A stretch of 64,000 bases of DNA from Paraphysomonas bandaiensis (Eukaryota; Protista; Chrysophyceae), in NCBI GenBank assembly GCA_965644295.1, contig CBFFRP010000019.1:1-64000 (forward strand), given 5' to 3'. Shown in pieces: positions 39,784 to 52,400 of the stretch (position 1 is the first letter of the stretch; each line of letters starts with the position of its first letter). The translations under genes and the position numbers were made by a program. The notes under the pieces were generated by a model, which was not told the DNA's origin, ran no database searches, and worked only from the letters and a program-made list of their open reading frames with translations.

Positions 39784-42700
39784 ATGTCATCTCAGTGGTG
39801 TGGGGAAGAGTACAATACTATTGATGAATACGGTCTCTCTGAATGTTTTTGTTTCTCAGTTATCGTACCTGTGCCTAGTTTAATACTGTTACTTCTCTTA
39901 TGCTATCATTACTCTAGTAATACTGATAAATCTTCTGTTAATACATTTACATGGTCAAGAACTGAGACTATAGTAAGAGTTGTATTAACGGGATGTCTAC
40001 TACAATGTATTCTATTCAGTATTGTATCTTTAATTGATGATACAACACCAGCTAAGATTGTGGGTGTGGTTATTCACGCTTTTGCATGGCTTATGTGTGC
40101 TATTAGTATATATAATGATTTCTATAGTCATATCTCATGGCCATGTAGTGCTATTAAATTATTCTTCCTCATTGAAATTATTGTCTGTTCATTAGTGATT
40201 GTCACAGTGTACTCTCATAATCGAGTTACTGTATCATTTGTATTGGGCATTGTATTATTTTTGGTGACCTTGGGTGTTTTACTTTTATCGCATTTCAAAG
40301 ATTTTTTGTCACGAGTTGGAAGTGATGATAAGTACTTCGACAACAGACCTTCTAATCTTTCAAATGATGATATTACGACTCGTAGTAGTCTTCTTGGCGG
40401 TCTTAAAAAACGCATCCCGTTCAAAATGATGTCATTTGGTGGTGGGAGTAAGGAAGAGAGGTGTGATAGTGATGCACACGATCCATTATTGACTCCCACA
40501 AGGTCTTCTGAGTCGCCTTCATGGATAGGATCCATGGAAGAACGGGATAGTTTGGGTAGTTTGAAATTCCGTGACTCTGGAATGTCATCAACTACACCGT
40601 CTCGGTGGTCTGTGGCTTCAGAAGAGGTGTCATTTATAAAATCGGCTATGGACGTACAGCAGACCCAGGCAGAGAAGGATGCGCGCTCTACCTCAGTGGC
40701 AGGATTCTACACCTCAAATTCAACTATGCACCCCACAGCAGCCGCAAGGTCCCACAGCACAGCCGCAACAGTCACATCAAAAGTGCTCGCAAGGGCCTTG
40801 GAACAACCCCAGTCCGCTCGAGCTGCTCAGGCACTCACCTCGTCCTCTACAGGGTTGCCTGGTGGCCTGGCGCCTCGTGGCAGCATTCGACGACCGGCTA
40901 GGCGGGACTCGGGCAAAGGTGGATTCAGTGCAGCTGCCAGGGGACAACAGGTTGCTCCAGGTAGCCCCGGTAGAGTGGCACCAAGAAATTCCAGCGGAAC
41001 GAATCGTCTCGATAACCTTCACCTTCTTGTAGAAAAGTGGGGTCTTCGTAAGAAGGTACGTTAACAATACCACTGCAACATGTAGTCTGTAACTGTAACA
41101 TGATGCATATAGGGATATGGCCATGATGAGGGCGATGTATCTCTACAAATTGATGACAGCAGGCACAGTGATAGCGATAGTGAGACACAGCACCCTCAGC
41201 GCCTCGTATCCTTCGCTAGACTGGGCAAAAAAGCTGATAAAGAGAGATCGACATATATAGCTAGCCTTGCGACGATGCACAGCCCCACGCACGACAGTGC
41301 TGTCGCGGAGAATGTCAATGTGGAGTCCTCGGATGATATTGATTCGAAGTCATCAATGAAAAAGGCCACTTCCACAGGATCCCTACAGCTGCTGGCTCAT
41401 GGTGATACGCACGTCACAAGCGGAGTTTCTCCTGCACGCTCGAGTGGATCGGATCTGTCACAAATGACCCGCTCCTCGCCCCGCACTGGTCTGTCATCTC
41501 GCATTTCTCTCCTTTCTCCTTCATCGGGTGATAGTAATTCTACCCTGATGGAGGTAGAGTTCGAAGTATCTTTGCGAATTGTGGACAATCCAGAAGATCC
41601 CTTTGCATCAGCATCTGGTGGATGGGGAAAGAAGAGGTCATCCAATGCCAAAGAACCTAATAAATGGACAGTTTGGAGAACCGGGAAAGAGTTGCTGTCT
41701 CTCCACGCTGTTTTGGTAGGCATCATACCTAAAAGCTTTAATTCAATATTTAAAAGCATTCTGTGCTTTCTATTTACAGGTTGGTTTGTTTGGCGATCTC
41801 GCTCCCCGTCGACCTAAACTCCATACTTGTTTCATCGACACCCATCAGTCCACTTCATCCCCTGTCACGGTGAAAGAAAGTACATCAGTCTCACGCGAAG
41901 CAATTCTCAGCGACATGAGACTGATTGCTGGTATGCGTTCTACTTATGTTCACATCGGACTCATTGTGTAATAGGGTACCTACGAGCTCTCATTAATCAA
42001 CCCATTTTCCATTGTTCTGCATTTATATCCTTCTTAGAGATACCTACAACTATACTACCGGTTGTTACTAGCAATGAATTCTCTGTGGATGCAATCGGAT
42101 GTGATATTGAAAGTGGACGTGACAGTATAGTTGGCTTTGACTCGTTCCCTTCTCCTTCCGAAGCTTCTCATGCTCCATCTGGGCAAACTGTTTCTGCATT
42201 AATGTCTCTGACATCCACATCCAACCTGGTTGAGCCCAGAAAGCAAGAGAGAAGTGCATCGGAATCATCCGAAGGAAAAGATCAGTTCCGTAAAGTATTT
42301 ATGAACCTTAGAAAGAATTTGAAGCCTCGTGAGATTGCGGTCCGTTAAATTCTTGTATTTGTTGCCACCATGACTTGTATATTTTTCGTTAGGTCCGTTG
42401 TCGTGTGTTTGATGGGGTAATTAGTGGAGCAGATATCGCAAAGTGGATGATGAGTTCAGTACACAAATATGCCCAGGATGATAATGAGGCTCGGTTAATA
42501 GCTCAAGGATTGGTAGGTGCCGAGCTATTATGCCCAGTTTGTGCGGGATATAGAGATTTAGAGGAGACATCCGACGGTGGTGAAGATTCATCTGAAGCTG
42601 TTGGAGTGTTGAATTTACTTCGCTCTAGTTCGGGGACCGTTGTCCCACCTATACCAGATTATTTGGAAGAGCGCAATCCGGATGTGATATTTACATTTTC

Positions 42701-43751
42701 GTCTGCCCCGGGCTATATTTATCGGTATCCAGGCAAGTCCGCTACTGTTGGGGGAGTTGGAGCGTTCACCTTATTTGGAGCGGGAGTGAGTCTCTCTATC
42801 CCATGGTGGGTGCAGGTGGATGGGGATGGAAATGTGGCTGCAACCAGTGGAGATAATCTGAGAACGATACCAGAGCCTCCAGGTAAAGTATTGATCAAAA
42901 CTTGGTGTATCATCGCCATTCCTCTTGTAGTGTAGCAAATATAGCTGAATATATAAGTACTTGTACTTTTGCGCATTTTCATGGTTATCCAGGAGGGGGA
43001 GCGGGGTATGTGCAGTATGCAATCCAGGTTCAGGTTGGGGATGATAAATGGGAGGTGTTGCGACGGTAAGATCGATGTTATTCACTGAGAATTGCTTGTT
43101 TATTATCGTCTACCTTTTTGTGTTCAAGAGTCTCTATTTTTAAGCCATACTAATATTTTTCTGTATCAGGTACAATGAATTCTCTCAGTTTCACCGAAAC
43201 CTTCAAAAAGAGAAACTTAGAATAGTTGAAAATGTAAGCTTCCGTGTATTACATCGTAACAGTACCTAGTGCGTTGGTTTGCCACGTGGTGTTGCCGCTG
43301 TCAATTATTCGTTGTGTGCAATGATTTATGTATGCGTATTCAGTTTCCTAGCACGAGTTTCAGCCAGTTAGTTATGGGACAAAGCTCTAGTGGTGATAGC
43401 AGGTACGATCAGCGCCGTAAAGATCTGGAGACGTTTTTGAGGTATATCCTGTATTATTGTTTCAATTTGTATATTATTAATACTCTCTGCAGATCTGCGG
43501 TAGAAGCTGTGCTTATAGCAGCAATGGAATTACCAAACACCTCCGACTCTTATTCGGATGGCTCTCGTGTGGTTTCTCCAAGGCAAAGACTACTAACGCT
43601 TCTGGCTGAGTTTTTGGATGACGACCATCATAGATTAAGACTGGTATCGCTTTCGGCAGTTGCTAATACAGAAGCAGCGTCAGAAGCATTGCCGAATAGC
43701 GGCAAGCAAGAAGAATCATTAAATGACATTGCACTTGCTTTAGGTTTGTAG
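39784..43751 (+). CDS. Multi-pass membrane protein with PX, DEP and second PX domains (multi-exon)
   Basis: About 5 N-terminal TM helices; PX1 EVEFEVSLRI..KWTVWRTGKELLSLH..GYLRALI..FISFLE; DEP FDGVISGADIAKWM..EARLIAQGLV; PX2 YVQYAIQVQVGDDKWEVLRRYNEFSQFHRNL..FPS..QRRKDLETFLR. Confidence 0.75.
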
Positions 43752-44359
43752 ATTTTCTGGGTACGTATGTGTCATGTACATCACCAGTGGCGTATTTATG
43801 TAATTGTCGAAAACAAGCATACTGGTAGTATTTCTTGATAATAAAGGTGGACTGAAAATTATAAACATATTAAAATGCGATTTAGCAGTGAAAGAATCAC
43901 GTCTCTGATATTTCGAGTTACAATGTAAAACTAGCACTGACTCATTACAACCAGCACAAAGAATATTAGAATATGGATCTTATTCTAGTATATTCAGTAT
44001 GTTACTTGAAGACAATGTACGAGAATACAGTGAGATATAGTGATGTACAAATGCTGTGATGATATTGAGAAACTGAAATAGTTTGATCTTTCAAGATATG
44101 TTCAGTAACGAGAGGTTCGCTTAAAATGAGCAATTTCTAATAAAGAATACTTTAGAAGTAATATTTCATATGTCTAACGTTCTGAACGATCTGATCTGGA
44201 AATCTTTATTTATACTCTTATTATAGTATTGGCAAAATAACTTGATTGTGGGTTACATTGCATTTACTCATGTATTGACTCAACAGTTTTGAATGTTCAC
44301 TACCGATTTTGTGTATGCCCACCTAATACAACTGTTCAGTTCACCTTATCAGTGGAAAA

Positions 44360-44487
44360 CTTAGTAGTGAAAGTCTTCTTATTAGCAATAGGTGTGTACG
44401 AGTCAGGACTAAACTCTGATCCTACTATTAAACGCTACGTAAGCTGCTTGTGCCTCACCGCAAGCACCTAGGTGCAACCACTTTCGA
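44360..44487 (-). repeat. Dispersed repeat family R1, copy D
   Basis: ttattagcaataggtgtgtacgagtcag..ctctgatcctactatt..gctacgtaagctgcttgtgcctcaccgcaagcacc is the reverse complement of the core. Confidence 0.8.
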
Positions 44488-44858
44488 TCTTGTGGGAGTA
44501 GCTCACGGAGGTATAGTCCTTTGCTGTCAAGGTGCGGTTAATCAGGTGAACGCCCTTTGGGTTAGGGGTCCGCGAAACTTAAGGGAAGGTCGGAGTTATG
44601 TAGATATGTAGATGGGAGGATATTGTTCTGAGGGAGAGTTGGATGGTGCGATGTAGAGGTGTGGAATCTGTTGTAATGAAAACCTTTTAATTACATGCAC
44701 AGGTACCAAATATATATACAAAATTATGCCATAGCCTGAAAGTACTGCAGAACTATTTCAGAATATTCACTTAAGTTCCAACTGAAAGAAAAATAGGCGG
44801 GGTCGGTTCGTCTATTTCTCGTTTATGGGGTATATATACCAGTGGAGGTTCTCTGCCA

Positions 44859-45949
44859 CTAGCATCTAATATTGATATATTTCCATGCTTAGGATGTATC
44901 CAGCGGTTATTGGCTTCACCTGTAAAGAAAATTAATCAGGAGCATAGCCACAAGCCAGGAGGAATATATGCACTTACCCTTACAACGATATGCATAGCAC
45001 CTCCAATATTGCTGTATATTTTTTACTTTGTGTACTACATGTCAATCATTAGTATGTACAGTAACATTTACAGCAATACACACCCCACGTGGTAAAAAAA
45101 TCTGGAGGCCGGTAAAGCTGCCGATATATAGAAATGTTTGTATTCTGAAGAAATGAGATGATTGGGTAGATAGAGTATGCGTACAACTTCTGACATACCC
45201 TTTCGATGTGTCGAATGCACTCAGATAGAACAACATCAGCCGCCCCCGCTTTACCTTTTATCTCGCAAAACTCAGTTGATACAATAGCTCTTACCAGTGG
45301 TATAGAGAGTAGAGTTAATTCACCCTAAAGGCAACTTTAAGAGTAACAACTAATTGCTGAAAAGGAGGCGAAATACCCCGACGTCGCCACTTGAGTAATA
45401 ATTTGGACTCAATGGTTCTGCTGTTATTGACTTTCCGTATTTGCTACCTGGCCTGAAAAGAATTAAATAAAAGTCGTCATGAAGTTAGACATACATTAGC
45501 CGACCAATTGCCATATATTCAGTATAGGTATTAGATTTGTACGCTTGAGAAATTATATTACAAAATCGTGGCCAATAAACGTATGTATCAGAGTCCACAC
45601 GTACAACAAAACTAATATCATGAAATTGTTGAACAGCTATATGTAATGCAACATATTGTTTCATAGCTCTGTAATGATCTCTAACATCTATGAATATAAT
45701 ATCATTATATCGATCATTCTCATAATGTAACATAGAAGTATAATAAGATGATTCTTCTGATATAATATTTGAAGTCTGTTGATTAGAGTATCCAACTATG
45801 AAACGAGGGATCACTAGAACGGGCTGGTTGTTTATATACAGACCATTGAGCTCTTGGAACCATGTTTTACGTATCAAATAGCGTCTTTCAATGTCTATGG
45901 ATCGGATGAATATAAGGGTTAATATTTTACATATAGTTTGATTATTCAT
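44859..45949 (-). CDS. GT31 (beta-1,3-galactosyltransferase/fringe-like) glycosyltransferase, multi-exon; start uncertain
   Basis: ERRYLIRKTW, RFIVG, ENDRYNDIIFIDVRDHY, FVVRVDSDTYV (DxD). Downstream spliced exons give YYSSGDVGGELTLLS..ADVVLSECI..VHKVK..RC*. Confidence 0.75.
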
Positions 45950-46079
45950 TATGTAGAATGATGTATGAGATGGTTGATATATGGGAGTTTGGTATTGTGG
46001 TGTGTGTGGATCGTGTACTGACTCTGTATGTATGTACTGCATGGTTGGTATATTGGGAAAAACGGGCTGTGAGATTATG

Positions 46080-46362
46080 CTACACTGCTATATGATGTAC
46101 TGCTATATATGATGTACTGCTATATCTGATGTACTGCTACACTGCTATATGATGTACTGCTATATATGATGTACTGCTATATCTGATGTATTGCTATATC
46201 TGATGTACTGCTATATCTGATGTACTGCTATATCTGATGTACTGCTATATCTGATGTACTGCTATATCTGATGTACTGCTATATCTGATGTACTGCTATA
46301 TCTGATGTACTGCTATATCTGATGTACTGCTATATCTGATGTACTGCTATATCTGATGTACT
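46080..46362 (+). repeat. Minisatellite, 17-bp unit ctgatgtactgctatat, ~16 copies
   Basis: Directly visible; head-to-tail with no spacers. Confidence 0.95.
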
Positions 46363-46404
46363 GTTGTAGATGAAATCATCTTGTACATACACCATTGCGT
46401 ATCC

Positions 46405-46524
46405 GCATCCTTTGTGTATTTTTGTTCCAAGATGCCTCTAATATTGAGACAATAATTATGTGTATTCCAGTCGTAGTTACAGTTCAGTAATATAGAGGAT
46501 TTTTGATTCAATTTATTCCCGAAA
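46405..46524. repeat. ~120-bp dispersed repeat R2, copy 2
   Basis: Near-identical to 21550-21668. Confidence 0.9.
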
Positions 46525-46771
46525 CGATAAGATGCATACGTGATACAGCCATACATCATTCAATAATGATACATACATGCACCATATCTAGACGATATCT
46601 AGATATGAACACTCCTGCCTCCTTCTGCATGTATGTCTGATCCCTCCATACATATAAACTACTCACTGATCACATGTAGCTATCATCCCATATACCACAC
46701 ACTCTATTAGCTTCATACATGATTCATGTACTCTCTACATCAGATAATTAGGGATCTCAGTGACCTGTGTA

Positions 46772-47324
46772 TTGATCACACATACACTCACGTTACATAC
46801 ATCACTCTAAAGCTCAAACTATAGCTGTATGATACATACAACGGAACTATACCCTCATTTATATATAACTGAATGTGTTATATATAGAAAATGTGTTGTT
46901 TTGTTGTGATTGTTAATATAATAAATCAGATATACGCAGCAATTGTCACACCTACTAAGCTATTTGTACTTATAGTTTACACATATATATACATATATCC
47001 ACTTAATTATTGGCTACAAGTTAGTAATCATCTCTAATTTTTTAATGAGATATCACTTAAACTTCTATTGAAGTCATCAGATGTTTTACATCTGTAGTGA
47101 TGCTAACAATCAATAGATTTCTCTCAATTCCTAAAAATTGTCTGAAAGTATTTAAAATGAACTCGTAAATATGAGATGTTGAGAGTTGAGAATAAGTAAT
47201 TCCCCTATTTGCAATTATTCCACTATTTTTTGATCACATCTACACTCACGTTACATACATCACTCGAAGACTCAAACTATAGCTGTATGATACATACAAC
47301 GGAACTATACTCCCATTTATATAT
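46772..47324 (+). repeat. ~95-bp direct repeat pair (46772-46866 and 47230-47324)
   Basis: tacactcacgttacatacatcactc..ctcaaactatagctgtatgatacatacaacggaactatac occurs twice. Confidence 0.9.
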
Positions 47325-47592
47325 CTACACATAAGAAATTAAAAAAACATAAATTAGAATATTAAAAATTGGCAATTAAGATATTCCACTATACGGTGTA
47401 TCAGCTGCTTTTGAAGTGTGAGGGGGGAGGAATTATTAGTGATTAGTGTTATTACATTCCCTTCCAAACCCCCTAGACCCACCCAGACTTCTGCCAATAT
47501 ATTTCTTATCTCTTACCAACTGTTTAGAATGTTTAAGATTTAATAACAGAAAGTGACAGCATATCAAAACAGTAAATAAGTAGTATAGTACC

Positions 47593-47812
47593 CTGAAGTC
47601 AGCGTATGTCAGGAATATCAACATATCAACATGCTGCTTGCTCACTGCGTTTGCTTAGAGTGAAAGAGCAAAATTGATTGGACCTTGGTGCTTGGGGTGA
47701 CGCACAAGTAGCTTTCGTAGCGCTAAATAGTAGGATATCAAAGTTAAGTACTAGTTAAATAGCAATGCTACATTAGTTCTGACTCTTATAATAAAAAGAC
47801 ATTCACTACTAA
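47593..47812 (+). repeat. Dispersed repeat family R1, copy E
   Basis: ctgaagtcagcgtatgtc..catgctgcttgctcactgcgtttgc..ttggtgcttggggtgacgcacaagtagctttcgtagcgctaaatagtaggatatc..gacattcactactaa. Confidence 0.8.
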
Positions 47813-49447
47813 TTAAGTAGTACTTCAAAAGAACTATTCATATTGAACTACAAAAGAATCTACAAGTTATTGCTATTTTTTATTATCTAGAACCCCATTA
47901 CAGCAAGCTTAAACAATAAAAGTCTCCAGCCGACCAAAATGGCCTCAGAGCAACAAGTGATATTATATTGTGTACATACGTACATACATATATATACATC
48001 ATATCATAGCACATATGCGTGCAGGGAGTGCTTGTGACAAGATATTATCAAATAATAAGCAAAAAGTTCCAATGGCGGACATGAATGGTAAGATAAGAAT
48101 TAGAACAAGTGCAGCGCATAGTATGTATAGTATGTATAGTATGTATATCTTATTTAGAGTATAATGATGAATATGGCGTGTCATGTATATAATGACGGTA
48201 GTACATACATAGCACTAATGTGATATATGACTGACATGATGATAAGCATGATAATAATGTAATAGAATGCATGCACAAGCATATAAGAAATTAAAACACA
48301 TCTACACATTATTTCACACTATATATCACCACCCATAAGTGCGCAACACGCTCTCGACCATAGATAGCCGTTATCAGGAGGATTTCCTTTTAGGTCTAGG
48401 TTGAATACTACGATGACACCACAAACACCCAGGATATATTATATTTCCATAGTATAATATATTATACAACTTATTCGCACAACTATATAACACTATGCTG
48501 GAATAATACGTAATGCACTGCATACTCATATATGTGCTGTTGGTGTTGTTGGTGTGTCCTATAGGACCTAAATATTAATAAAAATTATTATTAACACTAT
48601 ACTATTGCATTCAAGCACTTTTAGAACCATTCTACAACAATTCTTAAAAGTCTAGTAAAATCTACTAGAATTTCCCAAATTTCTGAAAATTTCCCACGTT
48701 TGCATGCTGTTTACTTATTTTAATAAGTTAAAATGCGCGAAAATATATAAATTATAAATTAGAGTATTCAAAACTGGCATTTAAGATTGTTAAACGGATT
48801 ATTCTATTAGTCAACTAATAGAAATTACGATAAACATATCTCTCATAATTCATTTTCTAAATTTATACCGTGTCTACTAATACCAACCAATATTATCACT
48901 ACTTAGATAGGCACAATTTTATACAGTCAAAATATTATAGTTTCACTGGTATAGCTCCTGTCATTTCATTTTAAATTAAATTATTGTAATACTGTTTTAA
49001 ATTACTGTATTTATTTATTATAATTTAACAGCTTGAAAACTGAAAACTACAGCTCTTACAAAGATGCTTGCAAAGATGCAAAATTCAACATAGAATATCA
49101 TAAATTAGAAACAAAATTGAAAGAAAAGAAAAATGTATATATCTGGACAATTGGCCACTGCTAAATGTAAAAAACACAGGAAAACGACAAGTTAACCATA
49201 TAGAGAGTCATAGCAAGTGTACAAACGCTTGCATGATCTCCGAAACTTAGAAATCATATCAATGTATACACACTACGGTTATAGAGTATACGTTACTAAA
49301 GAAAGCCGTACATGAAAGTGTGTATTTGATTTATTTATTGGTAGCATATAATATCTATTCCCTTTTATAACTAGTACTCAATCAAAGTATTCTATTCTAG
49401 TGGCACGCACATTATCTGTATAGTTCTAAACACTTAGAGAACAACGT

Positions 49448-52400
49448 CTACGCATCATGTTCATTAGTAAACATAGGATTGACTGCCGCAGAATCGGAAT
49501 TAGAATTCGTCATGTCATCATTCGGACTCCGATATTCTGGTGCGTTGTGCTCCAACACACTACTCGATCCGATAGAAGAATTGTCTTTTGTAACAGCTGT
49601 TGACCTGCAATCACCTTTCTCAATATCAGCATCCGACGGATCTGGTTTACTACCGGGGGTGAATTGATAGTCCTCGGGTCTATCATATGAGTAGTAGGAA
49701 GCAAACACACTAGATCCATCACGATAAAAAAATTCAAATGCATCGTCCGCTTTGGGGTCTGCAGGAGAGCCGTCCATGTTCTCCTTAGGGTCACTCACAA
49801 TTGCTGTGAGGTTAACAGAGCACTGTGACCCATCTATAGAGCTTTGCCGTGAGTTCGAAACTTCAGGGTTTTGTTTGACAGCCTTCTTGCTATGGTCCCT
49901 GACTACTGCCAAAGGACGTGGCCTGCATCGCTGTAGCATTCCTGTAACATATAATCAAACACGTGCATGATATATATATATACTTTTTAACTAGGTGCAT
50001 GACAAGGTTATTACTATACCGTGATTGGGAGGTACGTTTGGAAGATACCACAACAGGCACTTCAGGCGACCATGTACAGCGCACATTATTAGAAAAAAAT
50101 TGAAGAATGGACTCAGAAGGACTGTCTCGAAGTTGACCTGCCAAAAAAGTCTCACATGAAGCCAGATTTAAAAAATAAGTAAAACCTGCAGGTCAGGGTT
50201 TCCCCTCCAACAGAAATAGTTGATATATATATTTCGAAGTAAGGGCCATATAAAAAGCATAAACTTTAAGAGAAAAAACTCGGCGTAGTACCCACGTGAG
50301 AGTATAATGACACAAAAAGGTATATACATCACTTGAACATAAATGATCTTGTACTCTCGAAGTCGATACATGCGGAATGCGATATTCGATAAAACTCCTC
50401 CTCTGGTGTTGTAGGTAAAAAAAGAGTACAAACTCTTTCCTAATAACAGAAATTTAGATAGCGACATCTTGTAGACATGTATATGCGTTGGTTATATTAC
50501 CTGTTATCCGGAGAGCAGACACGGTCCACCTATGTGCTCTCTGCTTCCACAGTGAAGAAGCACCATATCCCTGGACCCGCCCACCAGTTCCACAGTTCAC
50601 AAGAATCGGAGGTGCAAATGTGGTCACCATACAACGTGTTTCTGCCCGAATAGCATAACCCTACGACATGTTTATCAGAGAGTATTGTACGAGTGCTAGA
50701 AATAAAATATACACCTTGTTGAGAAGAGTGAAACCTCCAAATATATCCTCTCCAAATGGTAGGGCTGGGTGAGCACCAAATACCTCTATAAACCGGTCTC
50801 TTCTCCATATGCCTGTAACCAGAGAGTCATTCATATTCGATATAACACACATATGCAAATATCCATAAGCAGGCTGCTCGCACCTGCGGGGCCAGGAACG
50901 AACGCACGAGTAGCAATCTTGCCTTGTGTCGCGTGAAAATGATCGGTAATTTTATACCAAAAGTCGGTAAAATTTGTAACCCTGTTAATTCTGTGGGAAC
51001 AGCGGAGAAACGCCACAGCTGCAACGTGTTCACCGTCGTCAGTTTTGAAGTGCCGCTCGTCAAAGACCATATGATCAGATAGCAAAGTATCATCATCCAA
51101 ATGAATGATGTATTCGCACTGCCGAGGTAATCTGTGACAGCCTGTCCAGAGTGCCCTAGTTTTGTGTCCTTGGGATATGAAGCAATACTGAATATTTTTA
51201 TGTGCCTCTTTAACCACTTCGTATGTGTTGTCAGCAGGCCAGTTGAAGTTGCCGTTGTCACACACTACAATGTTCTCTGGTGGGATATACTTCAAGACTT
51301 GCTTCAGAACCCCCCCAATTTCTTGTGCACTTTTGTGACACGGAATGACAACACCTATTCGGCGAAGGAAGTCAGGGTTGTTTCTATAGCTCCTCCCCTC
51401 CTCTAAATTGTGAGGCATAAGGGCCAGTGGGAGGAAAAATATACCTGCACAAATATCACACAATAACTACGATACAGACAACAATAAGTGATTTACCAAT
51501 ATACGTGAAAGTTGCACACATTAGAGCCACCACGTCATAAGGCTCCCAGTCGTCGATAGTTTTCCATCGCAGAAGTCCATCTTCCCCACTAACCGGGTTG
51601 CCGTACAGTAGCATGGAAAAAAAGAACATGCTAGTAACTAAACCATAACCGAAAATATACCAGAAAGCTTTGCGTGTAGGAGATGCCTGCCAAGGATCCG
51701 TCCACACGAATCTACGAACAATGAAATTAAAAATCATTACACACTGAAAGTGGAGCTACCTGGAGGAGTGAACAAAATCCTCCTCTTCTGCCCAGACAAA
51801 TGTGTCTCGCATAGCAGTGAGACTCTTTCTCGATACGTTAACAAGAGAAGATCTGCTAAGACTATGTCGAAACGACTGATACCATGACCCCCTGCCGTCT
51901 ATGCTGTTCTCTCTGCTGCCATTGTGGCGCCCACCACTAAAACTGGCAGCTCCCGCCGCACTCGCAGCGGAGGGGCGCATGTTTGTCAACATATCCGCAT
52001 CCCCGTACTCATGTGCATATCCGGTCAATATCAAGTCTTGTTGATGCTTTTCTCTCACCGCGATGTGTGCAAAGTAGAACAGGCACATGCAAAGGGCAAT
52101 GCTGGCCACAGGTATAGTGCTAATGAGGAGTACAGCTAGCAGATTCACTTCGTCATCATCATTATCGTCATCGTTTGGAGTAGAGCAGTACACTCCACAG
52201 GAAGCACCGCTACCTAGACGAAATGTTAATCCTTCCAATTACTCTTTCTCATACATACCGGTATAAACTTCCTCATAACTAGAGTTAGCATCACCTGAAC
52301 CAATCAATATGATGTATCAGAAAAAGAGCTCAGTATTCTCATAGAAACTACCTATTCGAAACCGGCTGACGTAGAGGCCCGTCCACTGAGTTAGAGTATC

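Noticed and set aside
46080-46362. Possible CRISPR array
   Set aside because: Head-to-tail 17-bp units with no spacers, eukaryotic context and no cas genes.
48388-48572. Degenerate MITE (tttaggtc..gacacc / ggtgtgtc..gacctaaa)
   Set aside because: The inverted match is short and gapped in AT-rich DNA, with no TSD.
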